Origin: Comamonadaceae bacterium
Lineage (GTDB): Bacteria; Pseudomonadota; Gammaproteobacteria; Burkholderiales; Burkholderiaceae_C
Direction of reading: 5' to 3'
Assembly (NCBI GenBank): GCA_013298415.1
Contig: JAAFHN010000002.1
Location: 1 to 26,012, forward strand
DNA length: 26,012 nt
Part shown: piece by piece, positions 15,597 to 23,753 of the stretch
Numbering within the stretch: position 1 is the stretch's first letter
How the letters are laid out: each line of letters starts with the position of its first letter
Notes under the pieces: model-generated
Seen by the model: only the letters and a program-made list of their open reading frames with translations
Databases searched by the model: none
What the model was told of the DNA's origin: nothing
Made by a program: the position numbers and the translations under genes

Positions 15597-17849
15597 TCAC
15601 TTGTAGAGCACTTGCGGCAGCCACAAGCCTATGGCAGGGAAGTTGTAGAGCAAGATGATGGCCAGCACTTGGATGCCCATGAAGGGCAGCATGCCGGCAA
15701 AAATCTGGTTCAGCGTCACGCCTGGGGGTGCAACACCTTTCAAATAGAACGCGGCCATCGCCACTGGGGGCGACAGGAATGCCGTTTGCAGATTCAGCGC
15801 GACCAAAAGGCCGAAGAAGAGCGGATCAACACCAAAGTTATCCAAGAGCGGGATGAAAATTGGCATGAAGATCACGATGATCTCTGTCCACTCCAGAGGC
15901 CAGCCCAGCACGAAAATGATCACCTGGCTCAGGATCAAAAACTCGGTTTTCGTGAGCTTCATGCTCATCACCCAGTTTTCCACCAGCTCCTGGCCGCCCA
16001 GCAACGCGAATGCGGCTGAAAAAATGGCGCTGCCCACAAAGAGCCAGCACACCATGGCGCTGGTTTTCGCGGTCAAAAACACCGATTCTTTCACTGTGTT
16101 TTGCAACTTGGCTTGCGAATAGGCCAGGAAAGCCCAAATGGCCACACCGAGCACCGCCAAAAGGCCAAAAGCTTGGGTAACAGGCGCAGCAATCGCGCCG
16201 TTTTTATTGAGTGCAAACCACACGATGGATGCGATCAGCGGCCCCCAAAGCAGCGCCCAGATCAGGAAAATGCGGCGTTTTCCCTGGGCTTGCCTGCCGA
16301 TCACCGAATAAACGGCCGCCAAAAAGTAGCCGCCAAACGCCCCTACAGCTGCGGCCTCGGTGGGTGTGGCCAAGCCAAACACGATGGAGCCGAGCACGGC
16401 CAAGATGAGCACCAGCAGCGGGAAAAAGCTGGTGAGCAGCATCTTGAAAATTTCAAGCCGCTCGAAGGTGAGCAAGGCGTAAAACGCGGCCAACGCAGCG
16501 CCCACCAGCGCGAGCGCAATCCAAAAGCCCATCGGCGCCGCTTGCCGTGGGCCTTCTGCGCCCGTTGCGCCACCAGCCCCTGGGGCTGACTGGGAGGGCG
16601 GTTCTTTCAGCGCGCCAGCGTCGCCCGAAGGGGCCTTCAAACCCGCAGCGGCCTCGCTCGGAGCCGCACTTGCACCGGGTGGCTCTTTCAGCCCGCCGCC
16701 AGAGCCAGGTGGCTCCTTCAAGCCATCCGCGCTGCCAGGCGGCGCTTTCAGGGCGGCTCCAGGCGGCTCTTGTGCGCCGCCCGCTGAGCCGGGAGGCTCT
16801 TTCAAGCCGCCGGCGCCGGGTGGCTCAGCCAGCCCCGAGCTGCTGGACCCGGTGCTCGGCGCTTCTAAGCTGATCATCCCGCCCGCGCTGGTTGCACCTT
16901 GGGTCACGGTCACTTCCGCAGGCGCGGTGAATCCCCGCCAAGCCAGCCAAGCGATCAGCAAAACAGCCAGGCCGGGCAGAAGCACCACAGCAAGCTGCTT
17001 GTTGGCGAAGCTGCCGTTTGCGCCCCCCACCGCGCGCAGCAAGGAGGGCAGCGCGCGGTGGTTCGGTCCGGTCACGAGCGCCGCCATCTTTTCCGTCAAT
17101 GTCACTTTTCGCTGCTCAGCGGTGAGTGGGGGCATCAAGTGGGGTTTGAGCGAGGCCAGCACGATGACGTACAAGATGTACAGGCCTGCGAGCATCAAAC
17201 CGGGAAAAAAGGCGCCTGCGTAGAGCTGCACCACCGACACACCTGCGGTGGCACCATAGACGATCAACATCACGGAGGGCGGAATCAAAATGCCCAGGCA
17301 GCCGCCGGCCGTGATGGCACCCGCCGACACGCGCACGTCATAGCCCGAGCGCAGCATTTGCGGCAAGGCCAACAGCCCCATCAGCGTGACCACCGCGCCC
17401 ACGATGCCTGTTGCCGTGGCAAACACCGCGCAGGTGAAGAGCGTGGCGACAGCCAAGGAGCCCGGCACGCGCGCCAGCGCCAAGTGCAGGCTTCGGAAGA
17501 GCTTTTCGATCAAATTGGCGCGCTCGACCAAATAGCCCATGAAAACGAAGAGCGGGATCGAGATGAGCACATCGTTGCTCATCACCTTGAAGGCCGAGGC
17601 CACCATCAAATCCAAAGTTTTGGAGGCGCTGCGCTCGTAGGCGAGCCAAGTGAAGATCATGCCCATGCCCATGAGCGTGAAGGCGGTGGGAAAGCCCATC
17701 ATGATCGCCACCACCACCAGCGCAAGCATGGTCAGGCCCAAATGGCCGTTGCTGAACTTGTCGGTGGCCAGCCACATGTAGGCTGTGCCAGCCAGGATCA
17801 GGCCCATGATGATGAAGCCAAACCAGAGGTCTTTTTTGATCTTGATCAT
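15597..17849 (-). CDS. dctM: TRAP transporter large permease (750 aa, with large insertions)
   Basis: IPLFVFMG, GGCLGILIPPS, GLATPTEAAAVGA and LSPPV motifs. ATG 17849 overlaps the dctQ stop. Confidence 0.92.
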   Translation of the reverse strand: MIKIKKDLWFGFIIMGLILAGTAYMWLATDKFSNGHLGLTMLALVVVAIMMGFPTAFTLMGMGMIFTWLAYERSASKTLDLMVASAFKVMSNDVLISIPLFVFMGYLVERANLIEKLFRSLHLALARVPGSLAVATLFTCAVFATATGIVGAVVTLMGLLALPQMLRSGYDVRVSAGAITAGGCLGILIPPSVMLIVYGATAGVSVVQLYAGAFFPGLMLAGLYILYVIVLASLKPHLMPPLTAEQRKVTLTEKMAALVTGPNHRALPSLLRAVGGANGSFANKQLAVVLLPGLAVLLIAWLAWRGFTAPAEVTVTQGATSAGGMISLEAPSTGSSSSGLAEPPGAGGLKEPPGSAGGAQEPPGAALKAPPGSADGLKEPPGSGGGLKEPPGASAAPSEAAAGLKAPSGDAGALKEPPSQSAPGAGGATGAEGPRQAAPMGFWIALALVGAALAAFYALLTFERLEIFKMLLTSFFPLLVLILAVLGSIVFGLATPTEAAAVGAFGGYFLAAVYSVIGRQAQGKRRIFLIWALLWGPLIASIVWFALNKNGAIAAPVTQAFGLLAVLGVAIWAFLAYSQAKLQNTVKESVFLTAKTSAMVCWLFVGSAIFSAAFALLGGQELVENWVMSMKLTKTEFLILSQVIIFVLGWPLEWTEIIVIFMPIFIPLLDNFGVDPLFFGLLVALNLQTAFLSPPVAMAAFYLKGVAPPGVTLNQIFAGMLPFMGIQVLAIILLYNFPAIGLWLPQVLYK
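16596..16835 (-). repeat. Coding tandem repeat, 8 x (G/A)L(K/A)(E/A)PPG-like units inside DctM
   Basis: GLAEPPG, GLKEPPG, GAQEPPG, ALKAPPG, GLKEPPG, GLKEPPG, GLKAPSG and ALKEPPS read directly from the translation. Confidence 0.9.
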
Positions 17850-18475
17850 GCGTGACTCCCAGCCACGTTGGCGCGGGGGGAGGAGACGGCAAGCCCAGCG
17901 ATGTCTTCGTCTTTCACGTTCACCATCGCTTTGAGTTTTTCCACATCCACCTCTTCCACATCTTGGTCGCGCGAAGGCCACTCACCTGTTTGCAAACACT
18001 GGATGCAGCGCACGATTTCCACGATGCCTTGCAGCAGCAGCATCGCTCCCGCGAGCGGGATCACGAACTTGAATGGATAAAGCGGCATCGGCGTTGCGGA
18101 AAAGGTTTTTTCGCGAATCGCCCAAGATTCCATGGCATACGTCCATCCCGACCAGGTGAGCGCCACAATGCCGGGGAGGAAGAACACGATGTAGAGCAGC
18201 AAATCCCAGCCCGCCTGGGTGCGGGGCTCGAAAAAGCCGTAGAGCACATCGCCCCGCACGTGGTTGTTTTTGGCCAGGGTGTAGGCGCCTGCCAGCATGA
18301 AGAGCGTGCCGTAGAGCATGATCTGCGCATTCAGCGTCCAGTCGTGCGGTTCATTCAGCACGTAGCGTGAATACACCTCGTAGCTGATGAGCAAGGTCAG
18401 TGCCACGATGCACCACGCGAAGGCCTGGCCCAGCCAGGTGGACATGCGATCCACGGCCAGCAATATTTTTTGCAT
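17846..18475 (-). CDS. dctQ: TRAP transporter small permease
   Basis: YEVYSRY, LAGAYTL, HVRGD; 4-TM pattern; GGAGA RBS. Confidence 0.92.
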   Translation of the reverse strand: MQKILLAVDRMSTWLGQAFAWCIVALTLLISYEVYSRYVLNEPHDWTLNAQIMLYGTLFMLAGAYTLAKNNHVRGDVLYGFFEPRTQAGWDLLLYIVFFLPGIVALTWSGWTYAMESWAIREKTFSATPMPLYPFKFVIPLAGAMLLLQGIVEIVRCIQCLQTGEWPSRDQDVEEVDVEKLKAMVNVKDEDIAGLAVSSPRANVAGSHA

Positions 18476-18521
18476 GTTGTTGTCTCCAAGCGGCCAGCTT
18501 TGGCCTTGCCCTCAATCTACG

Positions 18522-18558
18522 AAAAAAAGCCACTGACTGCTCGACAGCCAGTGGCTTT
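18522..18558 (-). terminator. Rho-independent terminator-like hairpin between dctP and dctQ
   Basis: Minus strand AAAGCCACTG...CAGTGGCTTTTTTT. Confidence 0.8.
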
Positions 18559-18572
18559 GCGCGACAAACGAA

Positions 18573-19709
18573 TCAGCGACGGAAGTAGTGGTTCCAAGCC
18601 ATCTTGAAGTCCACCAAGTAGTCGTTTTGCCAAGCGCCTGCGCGCTGCGCAAATGCGCGTTGGCTGTCCAGCACCTTCTTGAAGAGAGGGTTGTCCGCAG
18701 ATTTCTTGGCCACCACTTTGTCCCAAGCCGCGAGCTGTGCGCGCAACACGGCATCTGGCGTTTTGTAGAAGTTGATGCCTTGCTTTTTCAGCTCGGCATA
18801 GTCTTTGGAGTTGCGGTCAATGGCTTTCCAGCTCATGTCGGCACTCGCTGCTTCCACAGCCACATCGATCACCTTTTTCAGATCGGTGGACAGGGCGTTG
18901 TACTTCGTGCGGTTGAAGAGGATCTCGAACTGCTCGGTGCTTTGATGGAAGCTTTGCAGCATGCAGTTCTTCACCACGTCTGGGAAGCCCAGGATGCGGT
19001 CAGAGGTTGCGTTGTTGAACTCGGCTGCATCGAGCAGGCCGCGATCCAGCGCCGGGACGATTTCGCCACCAGGCAGTGGATTCACAGCGGCGCCCATCTC
19101 GGTGAAGATGTCCACGGCCAAGCCCACGGTCCGGTATTTCAAGCCCTTCAGGTCTTCTGCTTTGGCAATCGGCTTTTTGAACCAACCCAGCGGCTGCGTT
19201 GGCATAGGCCCGAGCAGGAAGGAGGTCACGTCGATGTTGAGCGATTTGTAGATCTCTTGCAGCAAGGCCTCGCCACCACCGTAGTAGTGCCAGGAAAGCA
19301 GCATGTTGGGGTCCATGCCATAGCCTGGTCCGGAACCCCAGAGCGCCAGGGCCGAATTCTTGCCATAGTGGTAGGCCACCACGCCGTGGCCGCCGTCCAA
19401 AGTGCCTTTGGCTACCGCTTCCAGCAGCTGAAATGCGGGCACCACCGCGCCAGCGGGCAGTACCTCAATCTTCAGGCGATTGCCGGCCATGTCATTCACC
19501 TTTTTGGCGAAATCGTTGGCGTACTCGTGGAAGATGTCTTTGGCAGGCCATGTGCTTTGAAAGCGCATGGTCACGGTTTGCGCGGTGGATACCATGGGCG
19601 CTGCCATCGCAGCGCCGCCCACTGCGGTGGTGGCTGCGGCTTTGATGAATCCGCGCCGCGCGGGCTTCTTGGCGGGCGCGGCGGCTTTGTCGGTCGAAGG
19701 GTTTGTCAT
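18573..19709 (-). CDS. dctP: TRAP substrate-binding protein with Tat signal (TakP-like / 'mannitol-chloroaromatic' subfamily; ligand unknown)
   Basis: Twin-arginine ARRGFIK leader, FQSTWP, LKIEVLPAGAVVP, GPMPTQPLGWF, KGLKYR and LDAAEF; GGAGA RBS before ATG 19709. Confidence 0.92.
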   Translation of the reverse strand: MTNPSTDKAAAPAKKPARRGFIKAAATTAVGGAAMAAPMVSTAQTVTMRFQSTWPAKDIFHEYANDFAKKVNDMAGNRLKIEVLPAGAVVPAFQLLEAVAKGTLDGGHGVVAYHYGKNSALALWGSGPGYGMDPNMLLSWHYYGGGEALLQEIYKSLNIDVTSFLLGPMPTQPLGWFKKPIAKAEDLKGLKYRTVGLAVDIFTEMGAAVNPLPGGEIVPALDRGLLDAAEFNNATSDRILGFPDVVKNCMLQSFHQSTEQFEILFNRTKYNALSTDLKKVIDVAVEAASADMSWKAIDRNSKDYAELKKQGINFYKTPDAVLRAQLAAWDKVVAKKSADNPLFKKVLDSQRAFAQRAGAWQNDYLVDFKMAWNHYFRR

Positions 19710-19883
19710 GTTGTCTCCAGGGGTAGAAATCGGATCGTAGAGTGTCTTAGACAAGCAAAATCCGACAGCTTTCGGAGAAACCCTGAAACACGCGAAACTG
19801 ACGGACAACGTCAGGAAAATGCAAGCCTGAATAGCCGGTTGCTATGAAAAACGCAGCAACAAAGTCTGCTTTTTATGGACAAA

Positions 19884-20037
19884 TTGGCGATAAGTCCTGA
19901 ATAGGAGCGTGCCTCAGATAGAAACCCGTTCGCCCTGAGCCTGTCGAAGGGCATCGCCAGGGGCTTCGACAGGCTCAGCCCGAACGGACGGGTTGGCGCA
20001 TCTGAGGCATGGTCCCAATCAGGCGATAAATTGCCAA
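19884..20037. mobile_element. Nested inverted-repeat REP/MITE-like element
   Basis: CTGAGCCTGTCGAAG (19935-19949) pairs with CTTCGACAGGCTCAG (19964-19978). Outer arms: CCGTTCG/CGAACGG, TGCCTCAGAT/ATCTGAGGCA (19910-19919/20000-20009), CCTGA/TCAGG and TTGGC/GCCAA. Confidence 0.72.
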
Positions 20038-20054
20038 AGATCGCAGACTGAGCG

Positions 20055-21191
20055 TTACGACACGGCCAAAGCGCGGCCGATCAAGATTTTCTGCACATCA
20101 CTTGTGCCCTCGTAGATTTGGCACACGCGCACGTCGCGGTAGATGCGCTCCACGGGGAAGTCGCTCACGTAGCCGTAGCCGCCGTGGATTTGAATGGCAT
20201 CGGAACACACTTTTTCCGCCATTTCGCTGGCCAAGAGCTTGGCCATCGCGGCTTCTTTGAGGCAGGGCCTGCCCGCGTCTTTCAATGCCGCCGCGTGGTG
20301 GATCAGTTGCCGTGCGGCCTCGATTTGAGTGGCCATGTCAGCCAATTTGAATTGCACGGCTTGGTGCTCAAAAATCGGTTTGCCAAAGCTCACGCGATCT
20401 TTTGAATAGCGCAGCGCCGCCTCAAACGCGGCTCGGGCCATGCCGATGCACTGGCTGGCAATGCCGATGCGCCCCCCCTCTAAGCCGCTGAGCGCGATCT
20501 TCAAGCCCTGGCCTTCGTCGCCTAATCGGTTGCCTGCGGGCACGCGGCAGTTCTCAAAGCGAATTTGCGCAGTGTCGCTCGCATGCTGGCCGAGCTTGTC
20601 TTCAATCCGAGCGACCTCGTAGCCTGGCGTTTTGGTTTCCACCAAAAAGGCGCTGATGCCCTTTTTGCCGGCAGCTTTGTCGGTGACCGCCATCACGATG
20701 GCCACGTCGCCGTTTTTGCCGCTGGTGATGAACTGCTTCACGCCGTTGATGACGTAATGCTCGCCGTCCAGTGTGGCGGTGGTCTTCAGCCCGCTCGCTT
20801 CAGAGCCCACATGCGGCTCGGTCAGGCAAAACGCACCCAGCATGTCACCACGCGCGAGCGGTTTCAGGTACTTTTGCTTTTGTGCCTCGTTGCCCCAAGC
20901 CATCAGGATCGAGCACACCGGGCAGTTGTTCACGCTCACGATGGTCGATGTCGCGCCGTCGCCCGCTGCGATTTCTTCCAGGATGAGCGCCAGGCTCAAG
21001 TAGTCCAGGCCCGCGCCGCCATAGGCCTCGGGCACCGCTACGCCGTAGCAGCCCAAATCGGCTAAACCCCGCAGCTCAGCCTTAGGAAAGTGGTGCGATT
21101 TGTCCCATTCCGCCGCCTTGGGCGCAATCTCAGCCTGCACATAGGCACGCACGGCATCTTGAACGGCGATGTGGTCTTCAGAGAGGATCAT
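20055..21191 (-). CDS. Acyl-CoA dehydrogenase (short/branched-chain type)
   Basis: [51 protein letters not shown] and [13 protein letters not shown] 21191 overlaps the upstream stop. Confidence 0.95.
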   Translation of the reverse strand: MILSEDHIAVQDAVRAYVQAEIAPKAAEWDKSHHFPKAELRGLADLGCYGVAVPEAYGGAGLDYLSLALILEEIAAGDGATSTIVSVNNCPVCSILMAWGNEAQKQKYLKPLARGDMLGAFCLTEPHVGSEASGLKTTATLDGEHYVINGVKQFITSGKNGDVAIVMAVTDKAAGKKGISAFLVETKTPGYEVARIEDKLGQHASDTAQIRFENCRVPAGNRLGDEGQGLKIALSGLEGGRIGIASQCIGMARAAFEAALRYSKDRVSFGKPIFEHQAVQFKLADMATQIEAARQLIHHAAALKDAGRPCLKEAAMAKLLASEMAEKVCSDAIQIHGGYGYVSDFPVERIYRDVRVCQIYEGTSDVQKILIGRALAVS

Positions 21192-21607
21192 GGGCGCTCG
21201 ATTCGTTTCTCGGATCTTTCTTCGTATTGCATGCAGTGCGCGACTCGAATGCCCATACTCGTGCGAATGAGCAGGTAGCCGGTGTGAAAGTGTTGGGCTA
21301 CGGCTCCGCCCGGTTGTGTCGCAGTCCATTTCAGCTTCGCAAACGCTTGGTCTTCACCCATGGCCGAGTGCTCGATCACGTCAAAACTCCACAAGTGCGG
21401 AGGACGTTTCGCATAGATTTCGCAAAGGGCTCTGTGGTTGTCGCGCATGCGTGCGTCTTCTGCCCACGCCGTCACGCCCACACCTTGACCAACGGTGTGC
21501 CAAATCGCACTCGGCGAATGCCAAAGGTCGGCCACGGCATCACCGTCGAAACGGTTGAAGGCATCGCGGTAACTGCCGAAGAACTCCGCGATTTCAAGTC
21601 TGCTCAT
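21188..21607 (-). CDS. NTF2/SnoaL-like fold hypothetical protein
   Basis: 139 aa with the pattern FFxxYxxAFNxxDxxxVxxLW followed by beta-rich C-terminal segments. Translationally coupled to the ACAD. Fold call is by pattern only. Confidence 0.62.
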   Translation of the reverse strand: MSRLEIAEFFGSYRDAFNRFDGDAVADLWHSPSAIWHTVGQGVGVTAWAEDARMRDNHRALCEIYAKRPPHLWSFDVIEHSAMGEDQAFAKLKWTATQPGGAVAQHFHTGYLLIRTSMGIRVAHCMQYEERSEKRIERP

Positions 21608-21619
21608 TGTGCAGACCTT

Positions 21620-21817
21620 TCAATAAGGGCCATCGTCGCGCAACTCGTTGATGAGTTCGTTGGTCAAGATTCCGCCGCGGTGGGGCAAAACGCAGATTCC
21701 ATACTTTGCCAACGGGTGTACGGGGTCGACTCCGCCAGCGCTTGGGATCGGAAGCTGTGGCTGAGGCGGTTCGTCGGCCGGAGGCGGCTGTCCGGACCTA
21801 GGGTTGGAGTTCACCAT
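21620..21817 (-). CDS. 65-aa ORF resembling the C-terminal half of a VapB/CopG-type antitoxin (possibly truncated)
   Basis: The ending YGICVLPHRGGILTNELINELRDDGPY resembles the tail of small RHH antitoxins as I recall them. ATG overlaps the SDR stop (ATGGTGA). No RHH N-terminus. Confidence 0.5.
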   Translation of the reverse strand: MVNSNPRSGQPPPADEPPQPQLPIPSAGGVDPVHPLAKYGICVLPHRGGILTNELINELRDDGPY

Positions 21818-22476
21818 GTCAATCGCTTACCGTCGTAGTTGATGTAGCCGCCGCTGTCGGCATGCGTGAGACCAGCCAGCACTTGGCGCATGCCAGAGAC
21901 AGATTCTTCAACCGAGATGTCGGCCCCGCTACCGCCCATATCCGTGCGCACCCAGCCGGGGTGGAAGGCGATGCAGATGGCTTTGCCAGCGAGTTCGAGC
22001 GACGCGTCTTTGAGCACCGAGTTGAGCGCGGCTTTGGAGGCGCGGTAGAGCGATGCACCAGCGGTTTCGCGCAGGCTGATCGAGCCCATGCGCGAGGAGA
22101 TCACGGCGAGCTTGGCCTCTGCGGCCAGCGCCGCCAAGACTTGCGGAATCACGCGCATCGGCCCGAGCACATTGGTTTGCATCACCGCATCGAATTCCTC
22201 GGCGGTGGGCACGTCGAGCGGGGCCAAGCGCGGGCCAAACACGCCCGCGTTGACCACCACCACATCAAAAGCCATGCCTTTGAGTTGACCTGCCAAGCCG
22301 TTTGTGCTTTGCGCATCGAGCACATCAAGCTTTAAGCCTGTCGCGCCCAATCCCTTCAATCGCTCCAAGCCTGGCTCATCGCGAGCCGTACCGGTCACGG
22401 CCCAGCCTGCCGCGCGGTATTGCCGCACCAACTCCAGCCCAATGCCCCTGGAGGCTCCGATGATGAGTGATTTCAA
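21811..22476 (-). CDS. Short-chain dehydrogenase/reductase (CsgA/C-factor-like)
   Basis: GASRGIG, VVNAG, ISSRMGS, YRASK (YxxxK) and HPGWVRTDMGG. TTG start with GAGGG 10 nt upstream. Confidence 0.93.
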   Translation of the reverse strand: MKSLIIGASRGIGLELVRQYRAAGWAVTGTARDEPGLERLKGLGATGLKLDVLDAQSTNGLAGQLKGMAFDVVVVNAGVFGPRLAPLDVPTAEEFDAVMQTNVLGPMRVIPQVLAALAAEAKLAVISSRMGSISLRETAGASLYRASKAALNSVLKDASLELAGKAICIAFHPGWVRTDMGGSGADISVEESVSGMRQVLAGLTHADSGGYINYDGKRLTW

Positions 22477-22537
22477 GAGATATCAGCCCTCTGTCCTAGT
22501 GAAATAAACATCTACTGCTACAAATAAAGTAGCAAAC
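22477..22537. repeat. Copy C of the degenerate ~60-bp intergenic element
   Basis: CTGTCCTAG-N7-AACATC-N4-GCTA-N9-TAGCAAAC, including the perfect TGCTAC-N7-GTAGCA palindrome. Confidence 0.72.
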
Positions 22538-22539
22538 GA

Positions 22540-23721
22540 TCAGGGCATTTCCAAGCACATCGCCGTGCCTTCACCGCCGCCGATGCAGAGCGTGGCGAGG
22601 CCTTTGGTCACTCCACGGGCTTTCATGGCATGCAGCAGGGTGACCATGATGCGCGCGCCGCTTGCACCAATCGGGTGGCCGAGCGCGCATGCGCCGCCGT
22701 TCACGTTCACGATGTCGTGGCTCACGCCGAGCTCTTTCATCAGCGCCATGGGCACGACCGCAAAGGCTTCGTTCACTTCCCAAAGCTGCACGTCAGCCAC
22801 ACTCCAGCCGGCGAGCTTGAGCGCTTTCTGCGTGGCCCCCACGGGCGCGGTGGTGAACCATTCTGGCTCTTGCGCGTGGTAAGCGTGGCTCACCACTTTG
22901 GCAATGGGCTTGCAGCCCATTTTGGCGGCGGTGCTGGCGCGCATCATCACCAAGGCGGCAGCGCCATCGTTGATGCTGGAGCTCGATGCTGCGGTCACCG
23001 TGCCGTCTTTCTTGAAGGCGGGCCTCAAGCCTGCAATCTTGTCGAGCTTGGCTTTGCCTGGGCCTTCGTCGATGCTGATGACCGTATCGCCCGCACGGCC
23101 CTTCACGGTGACGGGTGCGATCTCATCGCTGAAGCCGCCGTTCGCAATCGCAGCTTGGGCGCGCTTCACCGACGCGATCGCATAGGCATCTTGCGCCTCG
23201 CGGCTGAAGCTGTAGTGGCCTGCGCAACTCTCGGCAAAGGTGCCCATCGCGCGGCCTGGCTCGTAGGCATCTTCCAAGCCGTCGAGCATCATGTGATCCA
23301 TCACGCGGTCGTGCCCGATGCGGATACCGCTGCGCCCTTTGAGCAGCAGGTGTGGCGCATTCGTCATGCTCTCCATGCCGCCTGCCACGACCACATCGGC
23401 GCTGCCTGAATGCAGCATGTCGGCCGCAAACATGGCCGCGCGCATGCCTGATCCGCACATTTTGCTGAGCGTGACTGCACCCACGCCTTTGCCCAGGCCT
23501 GCTTTGAAGGCCGCTTGGCGCGCGGGCGCCTGGCCTTGGCCTGCCATCAAGCAGTTGCCAAAAATCACTTCGCTCACATCGCTGCCCGCGATGCCTGCGC
23601 GCTCCACCGCAGCCTTGATGGCCACGCCGCCCAAATCGTTGGCGGAAAGGGATGTGAAATCGCCTTGGAAAGCGCCCATGGGCGTGCGGGCGGCTGAAAC
23701 GATAACGATGGGGTCAGACAT
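22540..23721 (-). CDS. Acetyl-CoA C-acyltransferase (thiolase II-like)
   Basis: RTPMG, KMCGSG (catalytic Cys), NDGAAA, EVNEAF, GHPIGASG and LCIGGG; AGGAG RBS. Confidence 0.96.
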   Translation of the reverse strand: MSDPIVIVSAARTPMGAFQGDFTSLSANDLGGVAIKAAVERAGIAGSDVSEVIFGNCLMAGQGQAPARQAAFKAGLGKGVGAVTLSKMCGSGMRAAMFAADMLHSGSADVVVAGGMESMTNAPHLLLKGRSGIRIGHDRVMDHMMLDGLEDAYEPGRAMGTFAESCAGHYSFSREAQDAYAIASVKRAQAAIANGGFSDEIAPVTVKGRAGDTVISIDEGPGKAKLDKIAGLRPAFKKDGTVTAASSSSINDGAAALVMMRASTAAKMGCKPIAKVVSHAYHAQEPEWFTTAPVGATQKALKLAGWSVADVQLWEVNEAFAVVPMALMKELGVSHDIVNVNGGACALGHPIGASGARIMVTLLHAMKARGVTKGLATLCIGGGEGTAMCLEMP

Positions 23722-23753
23722 GAGAAGGCTCCTTTGTTGGGGAATGAAGGTTT

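Noticed and set aside
16596-16835. Repeats considered as a CRISPR array or non-coding VNTR
   Set aside because: Units are short, in frame and synonymously diverged within DctM. No constant 23-47-bp repeat with unique spacers, and no cas genes.
18588-19847. 419-aa + strand ORF opposite dctP (and similar shadows at 12762-13673, 16899-17855, 3344-4207)
   Set aside because: Antisense shadows with His/Arg/Val-rich non-protein-like composition.
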